Source: Candidatus Levyibacteriota bacterium
Lineage (GTDB): Bacteria; Patescibacteriota; Microgenomatia; Levybacterales; UBA12049
Direction: 5' to 3'
Assembly (NCBI GenBank): GCA_963790825.1
Contig: CAWBPM010000002.1
Location: 295,159 to 359,158, forward strand
DNA: 64,000 nucleotides
The position numbers were made by a program, and so were the translations under genes. Below, in pieces: positions 47,652 to 57,244 of this stretch. Position 1 is the stretch's first letter. Every line of letters starts with the position of its first letter. The notes under the pieces were generated by a model. It searched no databases. It worked only from the letters and a program-made list of their open reading frames with translations, and had not been told where the DNA came from.

Positions 47652-47716
47652 TAGCCCGTTATATCAATCTATTCGAGGTATTGACAAAGACATCGTCCCC
47701 TTTGGTACCGCGAGAG
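47652..47716. repeat. tRNA-Leu 3-prime flank element, native copy C (bipartite GTACCAAAGGGGACG ... GAATAGATTGATAnAACGGGCTAAT on the tRNA strand)
   Basis: Overlaps the 3-prime end of tRNA-Leu and the sequence immediately downstream. Copies lie at 26477-26534 and, more loosely, at 25465-25522. Confidence 0.55.
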
Positions 47717-47788
47717 AGACTCGAACTCTCATGTCCTTGCGGACGAAGGCTCTTAAGGCCTTTGTGTCTACCATTCCACCACCGCGGC
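47703..47788 (-). tRNA. tRNA-Leu (anticodon TAA) with encoded CCA and a long variable arm
   Basis: 86 nt. Acceptor GCCGCGG/TCGCGGT, D-region TGGTGGAATGGTAGACAC, anticodon stem AAGGC/GCCTT with loop CTTAAGA, variable arm GTCC-GCAA-GGAC, T-arm GAGAG-TTCGAGT-CTCTC, then ACCA. Confidence 0.85.
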
Positions 47789-47883
47789 GCGCACTGCGTG
47801 GAAAAACACCCCTGGTTTCACCCACGCCTGTCAAGCAGGCGAACTCGACCAAAGGTCTCCGTTCCAGCTTTCATCCTCTTTAG

Positions 47884-47929
47884 GTTGCGCTACAGCTGTA
47901 ACACTAATCAAGCGCTGTAACCGCGCAAC
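47884..47929 (-). terminator. GC-rich 7-bp-stem hairpin ~35 nt downstream of the dacA-like gene (terminator or structured RNA element)
   Basis: GTTGCGC ... GCGCAAC with internal sub-pairing. Not followed by a U-tract. Confidence 0.3.
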
Positions 47930-47964
47930 TATAAATTGTATTTTACTTGAAACCGCTTGGTTAT

Positions 47965-48933
47965 TCAACTATGCTGAGGCGGGGTGACTCCCTCAACTTG
48001 CAGCGAATAATCAAGGAGTGATTTCATTTCACTTCTCCTGTCCTCTGAGTTGAGTAAGATTCCGATGACTTCATGACCTTGGTAGTTTAAGTAAGTAATG
48101 AGGCAATATCCTGCTTCCGGTGTATAACCGGTTTTAATTCCTTTAACACCCGGGTAGGTAGTAAGCAGGTTTGTCTCATTATAAATATCATATGCTTTAT
48201 GCGTACTGCTTGCCGCTAAGTGATACTCCGTGCTTGCAGCTATATGAACAAATAGGGGGAAATTATCCAGGGCATATTTACTGATAACCAGAAGATCTTG
48301 TGACGTTGTATATTGCTTACCATCTCCTTCCAAACCCGTCGGATTGCTAAAGTGCGTGTCGGTGAGCCCAAGTGCTTGCGCTTTATCATTCATTGCTTGA
48401 ATAAAAGCCGTACGTCCTCCGGGGTAATTGCCAGCCAGTGTTTCCGCAGCATCATTACCCGAATTAAGAATCAATCCGTAAAGCAGCTCTTCAAGCGACA
48501 ATATTTCTCCGGGTGAAAGCCCCATACTATCTTCTCCCACCAGGTCGGATCCATCTACTACATACCTATCATCTGCTTTCTTATTTTCTAAAGCAACTAT
48601 TGCGGTCATAATTTTTGTTAACGATGCCATAGGAAGTCTTTGGGTCGGGTTTTTTTCAAAAATAGCTTTATTTTCTAAAAGATCGTAGGTGAGAGCGCTT
48701 TTGGCACCTATGTTGGGTCTGACTATTTCGCTTCCGAGAATTTGTTGAAGACTGGGAAACCAGAAATCAAGATTGGTTACTTCTCTATTTTTTCCAAGCA
48801 TTAAAAAACCAGGCAAGGGAGAAGTATAAGATATAGTCCGCTCACTGACCGGTGTGAATAGCCAAAGCAATAAACTGAAAAGAATGGAAGCCAGAATAAC
48901 AGTCGTAAGATAGAGAAGCCAATGTTTGAGCAT
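47965..48933 (-). CDS. dacA: D-alanyl-D-alanine carboxypeptidase (S11, PBP5/DacA-like)
   Basis: SxxK motif ASLTKIMT, SxN motif SGN, KTG motif KTGYT. N-terminal TM/signal. Confidence 0.8.
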   Translation of the reverse strand: MLKHWLLYLTTVILASILFSLLLWLFTPVSERTISYTSPLPGFLMLGKNREVTNLDFWFPSLQQILGSEIVRPNIGAKSALTYDLLENKAIFEKNPTQRLPMASLTKIMTAIVALENKKADDRYVVDGSDLVGEDSMGLSPGEILSLEELLYGLILNSGNDAAETLAGNYPGGRTAFIQAMNDKAQALGLTDTHFSNPTGLEGDGKQYTTSQDLLVISKYALDNFPLFVHIAASTEYHLAASSTHKAYDIYNETNLLTTYPGVKGIKTGYTPEAGYCLITYLNYQGHEVIGILLNSEDRRSEMKSLLDYSLQVEGVTPPQHS

Positions 48934-49022
48934 TGTTTTATGATATCACAGAGAAAAGGGGCAATGCAGTCCTATATATCTTTTGCTAAATGCTATGGTA
49001 TAATAAACTGTAGCATTTCGTT

Positions 49023-49886
49023 ATGAATATCAAGCCTTTCTCGTTTTCTCTGGTTAGTTTTAATATTTTAGGAACTCCTTATGCAGTATACAAAACCCCG
49101 TCGTCCAGGTTACTTCCGAAACATCGGAAACAGCGCTTCATAAGAATAGCTGAGGAATTGAATTCAGGAGCAGCAGATATTGTCTGCTTTCAGGAAGTAC
49201 ATACCTATCCGCAAGTTCGACTGCTCAAAAAAACCATGACTGAATTTCCTTATATATCCTATAAAAAGTTCTTGTACGGGCCGAGAGGAGGATTGGTAAC
49301 TTTTTCCAAGTTTCCTATCCATTCTTCGGAATATATTACATTTAATAAGATGGGGACGATTCGCAACAAATCAATTGTGGCAAAAATCAGCAGAAAGGGT
49401 ATCTTGCTGGTAAAACTTGAAAAAGAACCACTATATATTCTGAATACCCATCTGACTGCAAATATCGACTGGAATTGGGTAAGTACGAACCGCTATATTC
49501 CGTTTATTACTTCGCAGCTTGAACAGCTAAAGAATATTGTTAAATCTTTGTCAAATTTCCCGATCGAGATTATCATAGCGGGGGACTTTAATATTCCGAA
49601 AAATTCTATGTATTATAAAATGTTCACGAAGGGACTTAACCTCATGGATGTTTTCCAAAGTTCGCAAAAAAATACTTACAACGAAGAACATCTGCCGCTA
49701 GGTAAGAAATCGGAGTGTGTCGATTTTATTTTTATCGTGAAAAACGGTACGCCGTTTAAAGTGGAAGAAAAAGAATATGTTTTTGACAAAAAAGTGATTT
49801 TGAATAATATTTCAACCTTTCTCTCGGACCACATCGGACTAAGAGCACGGCTGCAATTTGCTTTCGGAAATAAAAAACAGAATTAA
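49023..49886 (+). CDS. Endonuclease/exonuclease/phosphatase (EEP) family protein
   Basis: VSFNILGTPYA...DIVCFQEV N-terminal motif, plus C-terminal GDFN and SDH motifs. Confidence 0.7.
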   Translation: MNIKPFSFSLVSFNILGTPYAVYKTPSSRLLPKHRKQRFIRIAEELNSGAADIVCFQEVHTYPQVRLLKKTMTEFPYISYKKFLYGPRGGLVTFSKFPIHSSEYITFNKMGTIRNKSIVAKISRKGILLVKLEKEPLYILNTHLTANIDWNWVSTNRYIPFITSQLEQLKNIVKSLSNFPIEIIIAGDFNIPKNSMYYKMFTKGLNLMDVFQSSQKNTYNEEHLPLGKKSECVDFIFIVKNGTPFKVEEKEYVFDKKVILNNISTFLSDHIGLRARLQFAFGNKKQN

Positions 49887-49944
49887 AATTGCCTGTCTTT
49901 TTTATCTCTTGTCGTTTTTGTTTTTTTCATTATATAATTGTTTT

Positions 49945-50718
49945 ATGGATTTTCTGCATGCAACCATCCTATCAATAGTTGAGGGAGTTAGCGAATTCCT
50001 GCCCATTTCCTCAACCGGACACCAGGTGCTGACTGCAAGTCTCCTCAATATTCCCGAAACGGACTTTGTCAAAAGCTTTGAAATTATCATCCAGCTTGGT
50101 GCAATTATGGCGGTAGTGGTTCTTTATTTTAAGACATTTATGCAAAACTTAGAGGTTTGGAAAAGAATTATTGCAGCCTTCATTCCTACGGCAATTGTCG
50201 GTTTCGTTCTCTATAAATTTATTAAGGCCTATCTTTTGGGTAATATCATGGTGACGCTTTGGGCACTTCTCATTGGCGGAGTCATTCTGATTATCTTTGA
50301 ACTCTTATACAAAGAAAAGGATCACCATGTCGAGCAAATTGAACAAATCTCCCTGAAAAATGCTTTTTTTATCGGAGTCTTCCAATCCCTCTCCGTTATT
50401 CCAGGTGTATCTCGTGCTGCTGCGACAATCATCGGAGCATTATTCTTGGGAACGAAAAGAAAGGCAGCTGTTGAGTTCTCATTTCTTCTGGCAGTACCGA
50501 CAATGATAGCGGCTACGGGACTGGATGTGGTGAAGGCAAATTTTTCTTTCTCGTCCCAAGAACTTATCACTTTGGGAATCGGACTGATAATTGCTTTTAT
50601 TACCGCGATGCTTACAATAAAGTTTTTTATTCGTTTTATTCAACATCATACGTTTATTCCTTTCGGCATATACCGCATTCTCCTGGCAATTGTTTTCTGG
50701 CTGGTATTTCTTCGCTAA
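49945..50718 (+). CDS. uppP: Undecaprenyl-diphosphate phosphatase
   Basis: MDFLHATILSIVEGVSEFLPISSTGHQVL is the UppP/BacA signature. 8-TM protein. The start is set at the internal Met. Confidence 0.85.
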   Translation: MDFLHATILSIVEGVSEFLPISSTGHQVLTASLLNIPETDFVKSFEIIIQLGAIMAVVVLYFKTFMQNLEVWKRIIAAFIPTAIVGFVLYKFIKAYLLGNIMVTLWALLIGGVILIIFELLYKEKDHHVEQIEQISLKNAFFIGVFQSLSVIPGVSRAAATIIGALFLGTKRKAAVEFSFLLAVPTMIAATGLDVVKANFSFSSQELITLGIGLIIAFITAMLTIKFFIRFIQHHTFIPFGIYRILLAIVFWLVFLR

Positions 50719-53700
50719 ATACTTATATCTTCCGGGCGTAGATTCAACTTTCCTTCAGAAGAATGAAATATAAGATAATAGACAACCGGAATAAAGAATA
50801 GCATAATCGATCCAGAGAACATTAGGCCGGCAATAATGGCTCCACCTAAGCCTTGCCAAAGTGCATTAGACAGAGTAACTGGAATAAGCCCGATAATCGC
50901 AGTGAACGAGGTTAAAGCAATCGGCTCAAGTCTGCTTTCCGCAGCATCAATAATTGCGTCCGTAAACTCCAGTCCAAACCGTAAGTTCTGATTGATCTTG
51001 TCGACAATAAGAATTGAGTTTTTTACTACGATTCCGAAAAGTGCCAAAATACCAATCAGGGCAGGAAAGGAAAGAGGCGTTTGTGTCATGCCGAAAACGA
51101 TAAAGACGCCTGAGATTGACAGCGGGATAACAAGCATGACGATGAATGCCTTACGAAACGATGAAAATTGCAAAACCATGGTAATAATAATGAGCAAAAA
51201 AGAAAGAACCATAGCCTGCAGAATTGAGGTAACAGACTCTTGATTCTGCTGATTGACGCCTCCAGTCGACCAAGAATACCCCTCCGGCAAATTCAATGAG
51301 TCAGCGTATTTTCCGACATCCGCATTCTTTTGACTTACAGAAAAACCTTTTGTGACACTCGCAGTAACTGAAATAGTTCTCTTACCACCCTCCCGAGTAA
51401 TAAGGGTAGGATTTGCTTTTATTGTAATAGTACCAAGCCCCAAAAGTGGAATCGGGCCATTGTTAGTTGGGATCATAATACTGCTGAGCCCTTGGACTGT
51501 TTCCACGCCGGAGTCCGTACGGAACACAATTGATTGATCCTGCGTATTTCCTTGCTCAATTTTTACATTTTGGTCCAGAGTAAATCCCGTCGCATAGGTC
51601 CGAAGCCACAGTCCCACTTGATCCGCCGTTATTCCGGCATCAACTAATTCCTGATAATCAGGGACGAAGACAATCTTGCTCGTTCCTGATTTTATTGATT
51701 TATCGACATTAGTAATACCCGGCTGCTTTTTCAAATATGCTTCTAGAGAATTTGCATAATTATCCAGTACAGTTAAATCGTCACCAAAGAGCTTAACCTG
51801 AATATCTGATCCGGCTGGCGGTCCTCCAGACTCTTCAATAACTGAAAAAATACCCTTTTGATAATTTTTGTATTTACTCCGAATCTCCTGAGCCAAGTCA
51901 ACCGAAGATAGTTTCTGCTCACCAGTCGGTGGAAGAGTTAACGTAATCGTCGCAAGATTCCCTCCACCACCACTTGCACCAAATCCGCTGTCAGGTCCTG
52001 AACCAATGCTAAGAGATGCAAGATGCACCTCGGGAAACTTTCTTAGATCATCCAAGATTTTTATTGATTCTTTTTGAGTTTGCTCAATATTAGTTCCCGC
52101 AGGAAGCTCGAGAGAAACTTGTAAGGATTCCTGCGAACTTGCTGGAAAGAACTCATTTCGAACGAAGCCGAGAGGCAACAGAAGATAAGAGAAAACCGAG
52201 AAAATCACAACCATGATTATTGCTTTTCGCCTATTTGTTTTACTAGATAATATTTTATTGAGTACATATCGATATTTCTCACTAATAATATCAAAACTGA
52301 TAATTCCCCTGTTCAAATATTGCTGTAAATTTCTTCTTCCAGTATTCTTTCTGGTTCGCTGTTTTATGCCAAAAAATCTTACATCAAGATTTATCAAACG
52401 GTTTTTAATTCTGGAATATAACAGATTTTTTACCTGAAAATAAATGAAGAGATTAATAATAAAGAGCAGGATTGTTGGAATAAAATAGATTCCTTTCGGT
52501 GCTAAGACAAGAAATACTACGATAAGAAGAAAAAGGATAATACCGCGGGTCAGAAAAACGACTCTGGCAGGAATACTTGGCTTAAGAATGATAATTACTA
52601 AAGGCAAGGTTATAAACATTGCCACGCCAAACGATGCCAGAAGCGCAGTCGAAACAACAATCGGAATCGGTTTAATAAATTCGCCGATAATGCCGGTCGA
52701 AAGCAGCAGCGGCAGAAATGCCCAGACTGTCGTCAGTGTCGTTGTGAAGATCGCTGTTCTAAAATCCCGCCAGACCAGAAGTCCTGCCTGCATCGGGGTA
52801 AACTTATTAGTTCGATAATAACTGGACAATGCAGAGATAACCACAATCGTATCATCAACTAAAAGCCCGAGGGATAAGAGTAAAGCAAAAAACGCTATGA
52901 AACTTAAGTCAATAGAAGTTCCATGCATAACTATAAATGTAATAAGAAATGTTAGTGGTATCGCAGACGAAGCAACCAAGGCTTGCCGCATTCCTAGAAA
53001 AAGTACAATTACCAAAAATACCAAGGCAAAAGTAATAACAAGGTCGCGAACCAAATCATTAAATTGCCTCTCTATTAAGTCTCCGCTATCAAGGACTGTA
53101 GAGACAGTAAATTGCCCGGGATATTTAGCAACGAATGCTTTAACCGCATTATGAGCATCCTGATCGGAGGAAGTAATATTGGCTGAACTCTTTTTAAAAA
53201 CGCTAAACGTCACAGCCTGAGTTGCTTGATGATTTTTATCTGCAATATATGAACCCACCGATCCAGGCTGCTGGTTAATTGAGATAGTTGCAATATTTGA
53301 TAGAAGCACAGTCGTGTTATTATTGAGAGTTATTCGAAGATTGCGAAGATCTTCAACCGTGGTGATCGTCGGGTCAATCGTGAGCGCAAAGGATGAATTC
53401 GCAGTATTAATATTTCCTGCAGGTTGCGAATTAATTGCAGTAGTAATCAAGCCCGAAAGCGCTTGTGGATTAACTCCATACATGGCAATAGCTTCAGGCT
53501 TAATGACAACCTGAATCTCCTGATTATCGAGTCCCGCTGTATCAACAGTATTTATAGACGATACATCTTTTAAGCTGTCCCTAAGTCCTCTACTGAATCT
53601 AACCAGAGATGCCGGATCATCATCACTGACTGTAAATATCCAAACAGGTGTATTTTGGAAATCAAGTTTCTGAACATGGGGAGTTGTCGCATCTTTTGGT

Positions 53701-54107
53701 AAGTTATTGACACTTTGAACTGCATTCTGCACATCGGTTGTCGCTTTATCAGGATCAACACCGGATAAAAATTGCAGAACAACAACTGAAGTAGAGTTCT
53801 GCGAAGTTGAAGTCATAGTATCAATGTTCGATACATTGCTTACTGCTTTTTCAACCGGGTCTGTTAATAAAGACTCCACGTCGCCAGGATCTGCACCGGG
53901 TAGGGAAGTAGAAATAGTAACAATTGCGATATTAATAGTAGGATTCAAAACACGAGGAATACTCATAAAACTAGTTATGCCAAAGACAATAATGAGAAGG
54001 ACCAGTAGAATAACAAGTCGGGGATTGCGAAGATACCTGGCTATCCTACTGTTTTCAAGCTCAGGATCGAATTTGAGTTTTCGTAAATATGAAGTCAATA
54101 TTGCCAT
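50715..54107 (-). CDS. RND-superfamily efflux transporter permease (AcrB/HAE-like)
   Basis: 1130 aa. 12-TM architecture with two large extracytoplasmic loops. Precedes an adaptor gene on the same strand. Confidence 0.8.
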   Translation of the reverse strand: MAILTSYLRKLKFDPELENSRIARYLRNPRLVILLVLLIIVFGITSFMSIPRVLNPTINIAIVTISTSLPGADPGDVESLLTDPVEKAVSNVSNIDTMTSTSQNSTSVVVLQFLSGVDPDKATTDVQNAVQSVNNLPKDATTPHVQKLDFQNTPVWIFTVSDDDPASLVRFSRGLRDSLKDVSSINTVDTAGLDNQEIQVVIKPEAIAMYGVNPQALSGLITTAINSQPAGNINTANSSFALTIDPTITTVEDLRNLRITLNNNTTVLLSNIATISINQQPGSVGSYIADKNHQATQAVTFSVFKKSSANITSSDQDAHNAVKAFVAKYPGQFTVSTVLDSGDLIERQFNDLVRDLVITFALVFLVIVLFLGMRQALVASSAIPLTFLITFIVMHGTSIDLSFIAFFALLLSLGLLVDDTIVVISALSSYYRTNKFTPMQAGLLVWRDFRTAIFTTTLTTVWAFLPLLLSTGIIGEFIKPIPIVVSTALLASFGVAMFITLPLVIIILKPSIPARVVFLTRGIILFLLIVVFLVLAPKGIYFIPTILLFIINLFIYFQVKNLLYSRIKNRLINLDVRFFGIKQRTRKNTGRRNLQQYLNRGIISFDIISEKYRYVLNKILSSKTNRRKAIIMVVIFSVFSYLLLPLGFVRNEFFPASSQESLQVSLELPAGTNIEQTQKESIKILDDLRKFPEVHLASLSIGSGPDSGFGASGGGGNLATITLTLPPTGEQKLSSVDLAQEIRSKYKNYQKGIFSVIEESGGPPAGSDIQVKLFGDDLTVLDNYANSLEAYLKKQPGITNVDKSIKSGTSKIVFVPDYQELVDAGITADQVGLWLRTYATGFTLDQNVKIEQGNTQDQSIVFRTDSGVETVQGLSSIMIPTNNGPIPLLGLGTITIKANPTLITREGGKRTISVTASVTKGFSVSQKNADVGKYADSLNLPEGYSWSTGGVNQQNQESVTSILQAMVLSFLLIIITMVLQFSSFRKAFIVMLVIPLSISGVFIVFGMTQTPLSFPALIGILALFGIVVKNSILIVDKINQNLRFGLEFTDAIIDAAESRLEPIALTSFTAIIGLIPVTLSNALWQGLGGAIIAGLMFSGSIMLFFIPVVYYLIFHSSEGKLNLRPEDISI

Positions 54108-54131
54108 ACATAAAATAAAGTAGTCATCTTA

Positions 54132-55580
54132 TTAATACGCATCCACCTTATCTCCAACGACAACGTTTCTATCGGTAATCACTTGGTCTCCTAGGGTTAG
54201 CCCATGGACAATTGCGACAAAACTAGCAAAAACGCTGCCGAGTGTAACTTGTCTCGTCACTGCTCTATGATTTTTCATTATTAGTAGGTAATCACTGTTC
54301 TGCGTTTGAAAGACGGCGTCAAGCGGAACAAAAGGAGCAGCGGCCAATGTATTCACTGAGCCGATTGGAACATCGACAGATAAGTATGTACCATCTGTAA
54401 CCAAAGAATCCGCGCTATTTGGTATTGCATATGCAATAGCGAACAATTGTCCATCTGTTGCTTCACTCGCTATAAAAATCGGACGAACAGAATAGGACTT
54501 ATCTCCAATATGAAGTGTACTGGCATCGAGTTTTGATATGTTTTCAACGATATTTTGTGGAACCAAAACCACGGCTGTTGCATGTTTATCATTCGATGAA
54601 ATTTCAGCCAGCTGCGTACCGGGATTCACCTGTTCACCAACCCGAACATAAATACGCTCTACTGTACCATTAAACGGACTAACAGGCAGCATCGCCGATG
54701 CGCTCACATCTGCCATGTCTGTCTGAAGCTTACTCACCTCAACATTTAACTCCAACGCTTTTTCCTGCAAATCCAATTGTTTCATCGCTAGGTCGCGCTG
54801 CGCATCTGCAAGCTGTCCGGGAGCCTTGCTGCCATCTGTTTGTTCCTGAAGGTTACTGAGTTGCTGCCTAAGCTGATTCTGTGCCCCTTGGAGCTGGTTA
54901 ATTGTCGATTCTGACTGAACAAGAGCGGATGGAGATGCACCGCTGCTTTGCTCGTCAGATAATTGTTGATTTAACGTATCCAGAATAGTCTGATTAGCAT
55001 TAATCAGCGAATTTGTATCGCTGGCAGATTGGGTAGCAATCTTCTGTTGGTCAGTAAAATTATCATGAGTTATGTTGGTAATATCACGCTGTTTTTGGAT
55101 AGCATCTTTTTGTTCCTGCTCGCTATCAACGGCATTTTGGTACTGCTTGTCAGCAATCTGCGCCTGAAGAGCTGGTGTACTTCCGCCTTGATAATTACTG
55201 GAAAGCGTAAGAATTTGCGTCCCTTGATATACAGAGTCCCCCTCCGAAACCGCAATACTTTGTACAACACCAGAGCTTAAGGCAACTATTTTAATTACCC
55301 CTGCTTTATCAATTTTCGCTTCAAATGTCGATTTCGGTGTCTCGCCGATACTAAATGTATGAACCATTTTCGTTGGGGTACCCGCTTCTATTTCAGGTTT
55401 CGGTGTATTAACAGTATGCCCAATAAGAATGACAATAAAAAGAAAACCTAAGGCAATAAAAAAAGCACCCAATGGCCTATTTTTAATAAAGATAGTTGCT
55501 CTCTTATAACTCTTCCGATGTAGTTCTCTCTGAAAAAATGAATTGATCTTTTCTTTAATGGTTAAAATGATAGATTTCAT
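54132..55580 (-). CDS. Efflux periplasmic adaptor / HlyD-like membrane fusion protein
   Basis: N-terminal TM, long coiled coil (QLQGAQNQLRQQLSNLQEQ...) and a C-terminal beta-barrel/lipoyl-like region. Confidence 0.7.
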   Translation of the reverse strand: MKSIILTIKEKINSFFQRELHRKSYKRATIFIKNRPLGAFFIALGFLFIVILIGHTVNTPKPEIEAGTPTKMVHTFSIGETPKSTFEAKIDKAGVIKIVALSSGVVQSIAVSEGDSVYQGTQILTLSSNYQGGSTPALQAQIADKQYQNAVDSEQEQKDAIQKQRDITNITHDNFTDQQKIATQSASDTNSLINANQTILDTLNQQLSDEQSSGASPSALVQSESTINQLQGAQNQLRQQLSNLQEQTDGSKAPGQLADAQRDLAMKQLDLQEKALELNVEVSKLQTDMADVSASAMLPVSPFNGTVERIYVRVGEQVNPGTQLAEISSNDKHATAVVLVPQNIVENISKLDASTLHIGDKSYSVRPIFIASEATDGQLFAIAYAIPNSADSLVTDGTYLSVDVPIGSVNTLAAAPFVPLDAVFQTQNSDYLLIMKNHRAVTRQVTLGSVFASFVAIVHGLTLGDQVITDRNVVVGDKVDAY

Positions 55581-56055
55581 GAGATATTAGTAAAGTTTGG
55601 ACACAAAATGAATATGCCTAAAAAAACCTTTGCTATTATAGGATAAATAATTTGGTATGTCAAAGGATACACAAAATTGTATAGTTTTACCCTATTGACA
55701 ACTTACGAGAAGCTTATTATATGATAATGACAAGCTGTAAACCGCTGACCGCAATCGGAAGCAAGATTACTCGCGTTATTTTCTGCCCTGTAACCAAGTA
55801 ATCGAAATAGCCATTTATACTGTATATTATGATATATTCTGCCCAGGATTATCACGACATATTTTTCTTTCGAAATCCCTTTACATTTAAGTTTTGTATT
55901 TGAGGGATTTTTTGTGGAAAAAAAACGTTTAATGAGCTAGAAGGAGGCTTGCCCCTCCGAAGTCTGAACCTAAAACAGAAAATTGTTTAATAAATAATTT
56001 AGGAGCGAAACCATCCGTCGCTAAAGCTTTGGATGGCGAAGGGAGGTGAACAAAT

Positions 56056-56649
56056 ATGACAAATTTAATGAAAAAAGTATCAGTAAGTATCGCGACATTA
56101 TCTTTGCTCGCCGTCGCAAGCACACCAGCAGCATTTGCAAGTGTTACTGTCACCGGGGGTGGTGCACTTTCTAATACAACTGCTAAAGTTACAACGTCTA
56201 GTAGTAATCTGACTGTTCAGAGTAATGTAACTTCTGTAGCAACTTTTACAAATAGCAGCGCAACGACTGGTAATAATTCTTCTTCCTTTAATACAAAAGG
56301 AACAAGTGGCGCGACTTCCGGAACTGCCACATCAACAGTTAAAACAACTGTTATTGGCGGTGTTAATCTGGATATGGCTCCCGCGTGCGGATGCAATACT
56401 ACGACCCCTGACGTTACCGTTAGTGGTGGTGGTGGTGCAGGTTCAAAAACCAGCGCAGATGTGACCCAAAAGAATTCAAATACAACAATTCAGACAAATT
56501 ACACGAATGTTGTAACGGCAACGAATTCCAATGCGTCAAGCGGAGGCAATTCTTCTTCCTTTAATACGGGGGGAACAAGTGGCGCATTATCAGGAGATGC
56601 TACTTCTTCGGTTACAACAACCGTCGGAGTATCGGGAAATGTCCTGTAA
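56056..56649 (+). CDS. Secreted Ser/Thr/Asn-rich protein with an internal tandem duplication
   Basis: Signal peptide ending AFA-SVTV. Two ~90-aa repeats (SVTVTGGGALSNTTAKVT... and DVTVSGGGGAGSKTSADVT...). Confidence 0.5.
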   Translation: MTNLMKKVSVSIATLSLLAVASTPAAFASVTVTGGGALSNTTAKVTTSSSNLTVQSNVTSVATFTNSSATTGNNSSSFNTKGTSGATSGTATSTVKTTVIGGVNLDMAPACGCNTTTPDVTVSGGGGAGSKTSADVTQKNSNTTIQTNYTNVVTATNSNASSGGNSSSFNTGGTSGALSGDATSSVTTTVGVSGNVL

Positions 56650-56700
56650 GTTTTTACTCGGGTAATGATAAATCTCCCGGCAGATGTCTGTCGGGAGATT

Positions 56701-57234
56701 TTATTTTTCCTGAGCTACCACTACAAACCGTTTACTGTCTAAAAAATCAGTGCAGGTATACATCGTAAGTTGTTTTTTCGAACTATCGCCAAGAACGGAT
56801 GTATTGTCCGGCGATACTACTTGCGTATATTGAATGGTAAATATTTGTTTCGTACCATTGTTGTATTTAATTTGAATTTTTTCTCCGGGTTTTGCATTTA
56901 CTAACGGTCCAAAGATGCTTGTCCAGTCATGGCCGTAAATAATACTGTTGCCGATTTCACCCGGAATAGGGGATGAGACTAGATACGATGCTCCTTCAGT
57001 CGTGGTTTCCCAAGTATTATTCGTGATATGAGACTCAAAAATCGGCACGTCGATACGGACATCTTTTATTACGATCTCGACCGGCTTAAGTTTTAACGTT
57101 GAATTATGCGGCGCGGGCTGATGGGTAAAAAACAGTTGGTTCGTAGCGTATTTTTGCCACAGTAAAAATCCGGCACAAAGAAAATAGATAATTCCGGCGA
57201 TAATTAAACCTTGGGGAAGAAAGCGTTTTAGCAT
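56701..57234 (-). CDS. srt: Sortase (class E-like)
   Basis: N-terminal TM, YGHDW region and TLxTC active site LTMYTCTDF. The start is set at MLKRFLP. Confidence 0.75.
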   Translation of the reverse strand: MLKRFLPQGLIIAGIIYFLCAGFLLWQKYATNQLFFTHQPAPHNSTLKLKPVEIVIKDVRIDVPIFESHITNNTWETTTEGASYLVSSPIPGEIGNSIIYGHDWTSIFGPLVNAKPGEKIQIKYNNGTKQIFTIQYTQVVSPDNTSVLGDSSKKQLTMYTCTDFLDSKRFVVVAQEK

Positions 57235-57244
57235 AAGCGCCTCC

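Noticed and set aside
47664-47852. 60-80-aa ORFs on both strands overlapping tRNA-Leu
   Set aside because: They sit directly on a well-folding 86-nt tRNA with encoded CCA and the structured flank. Random ORFs in GC-rich RNA sequence.
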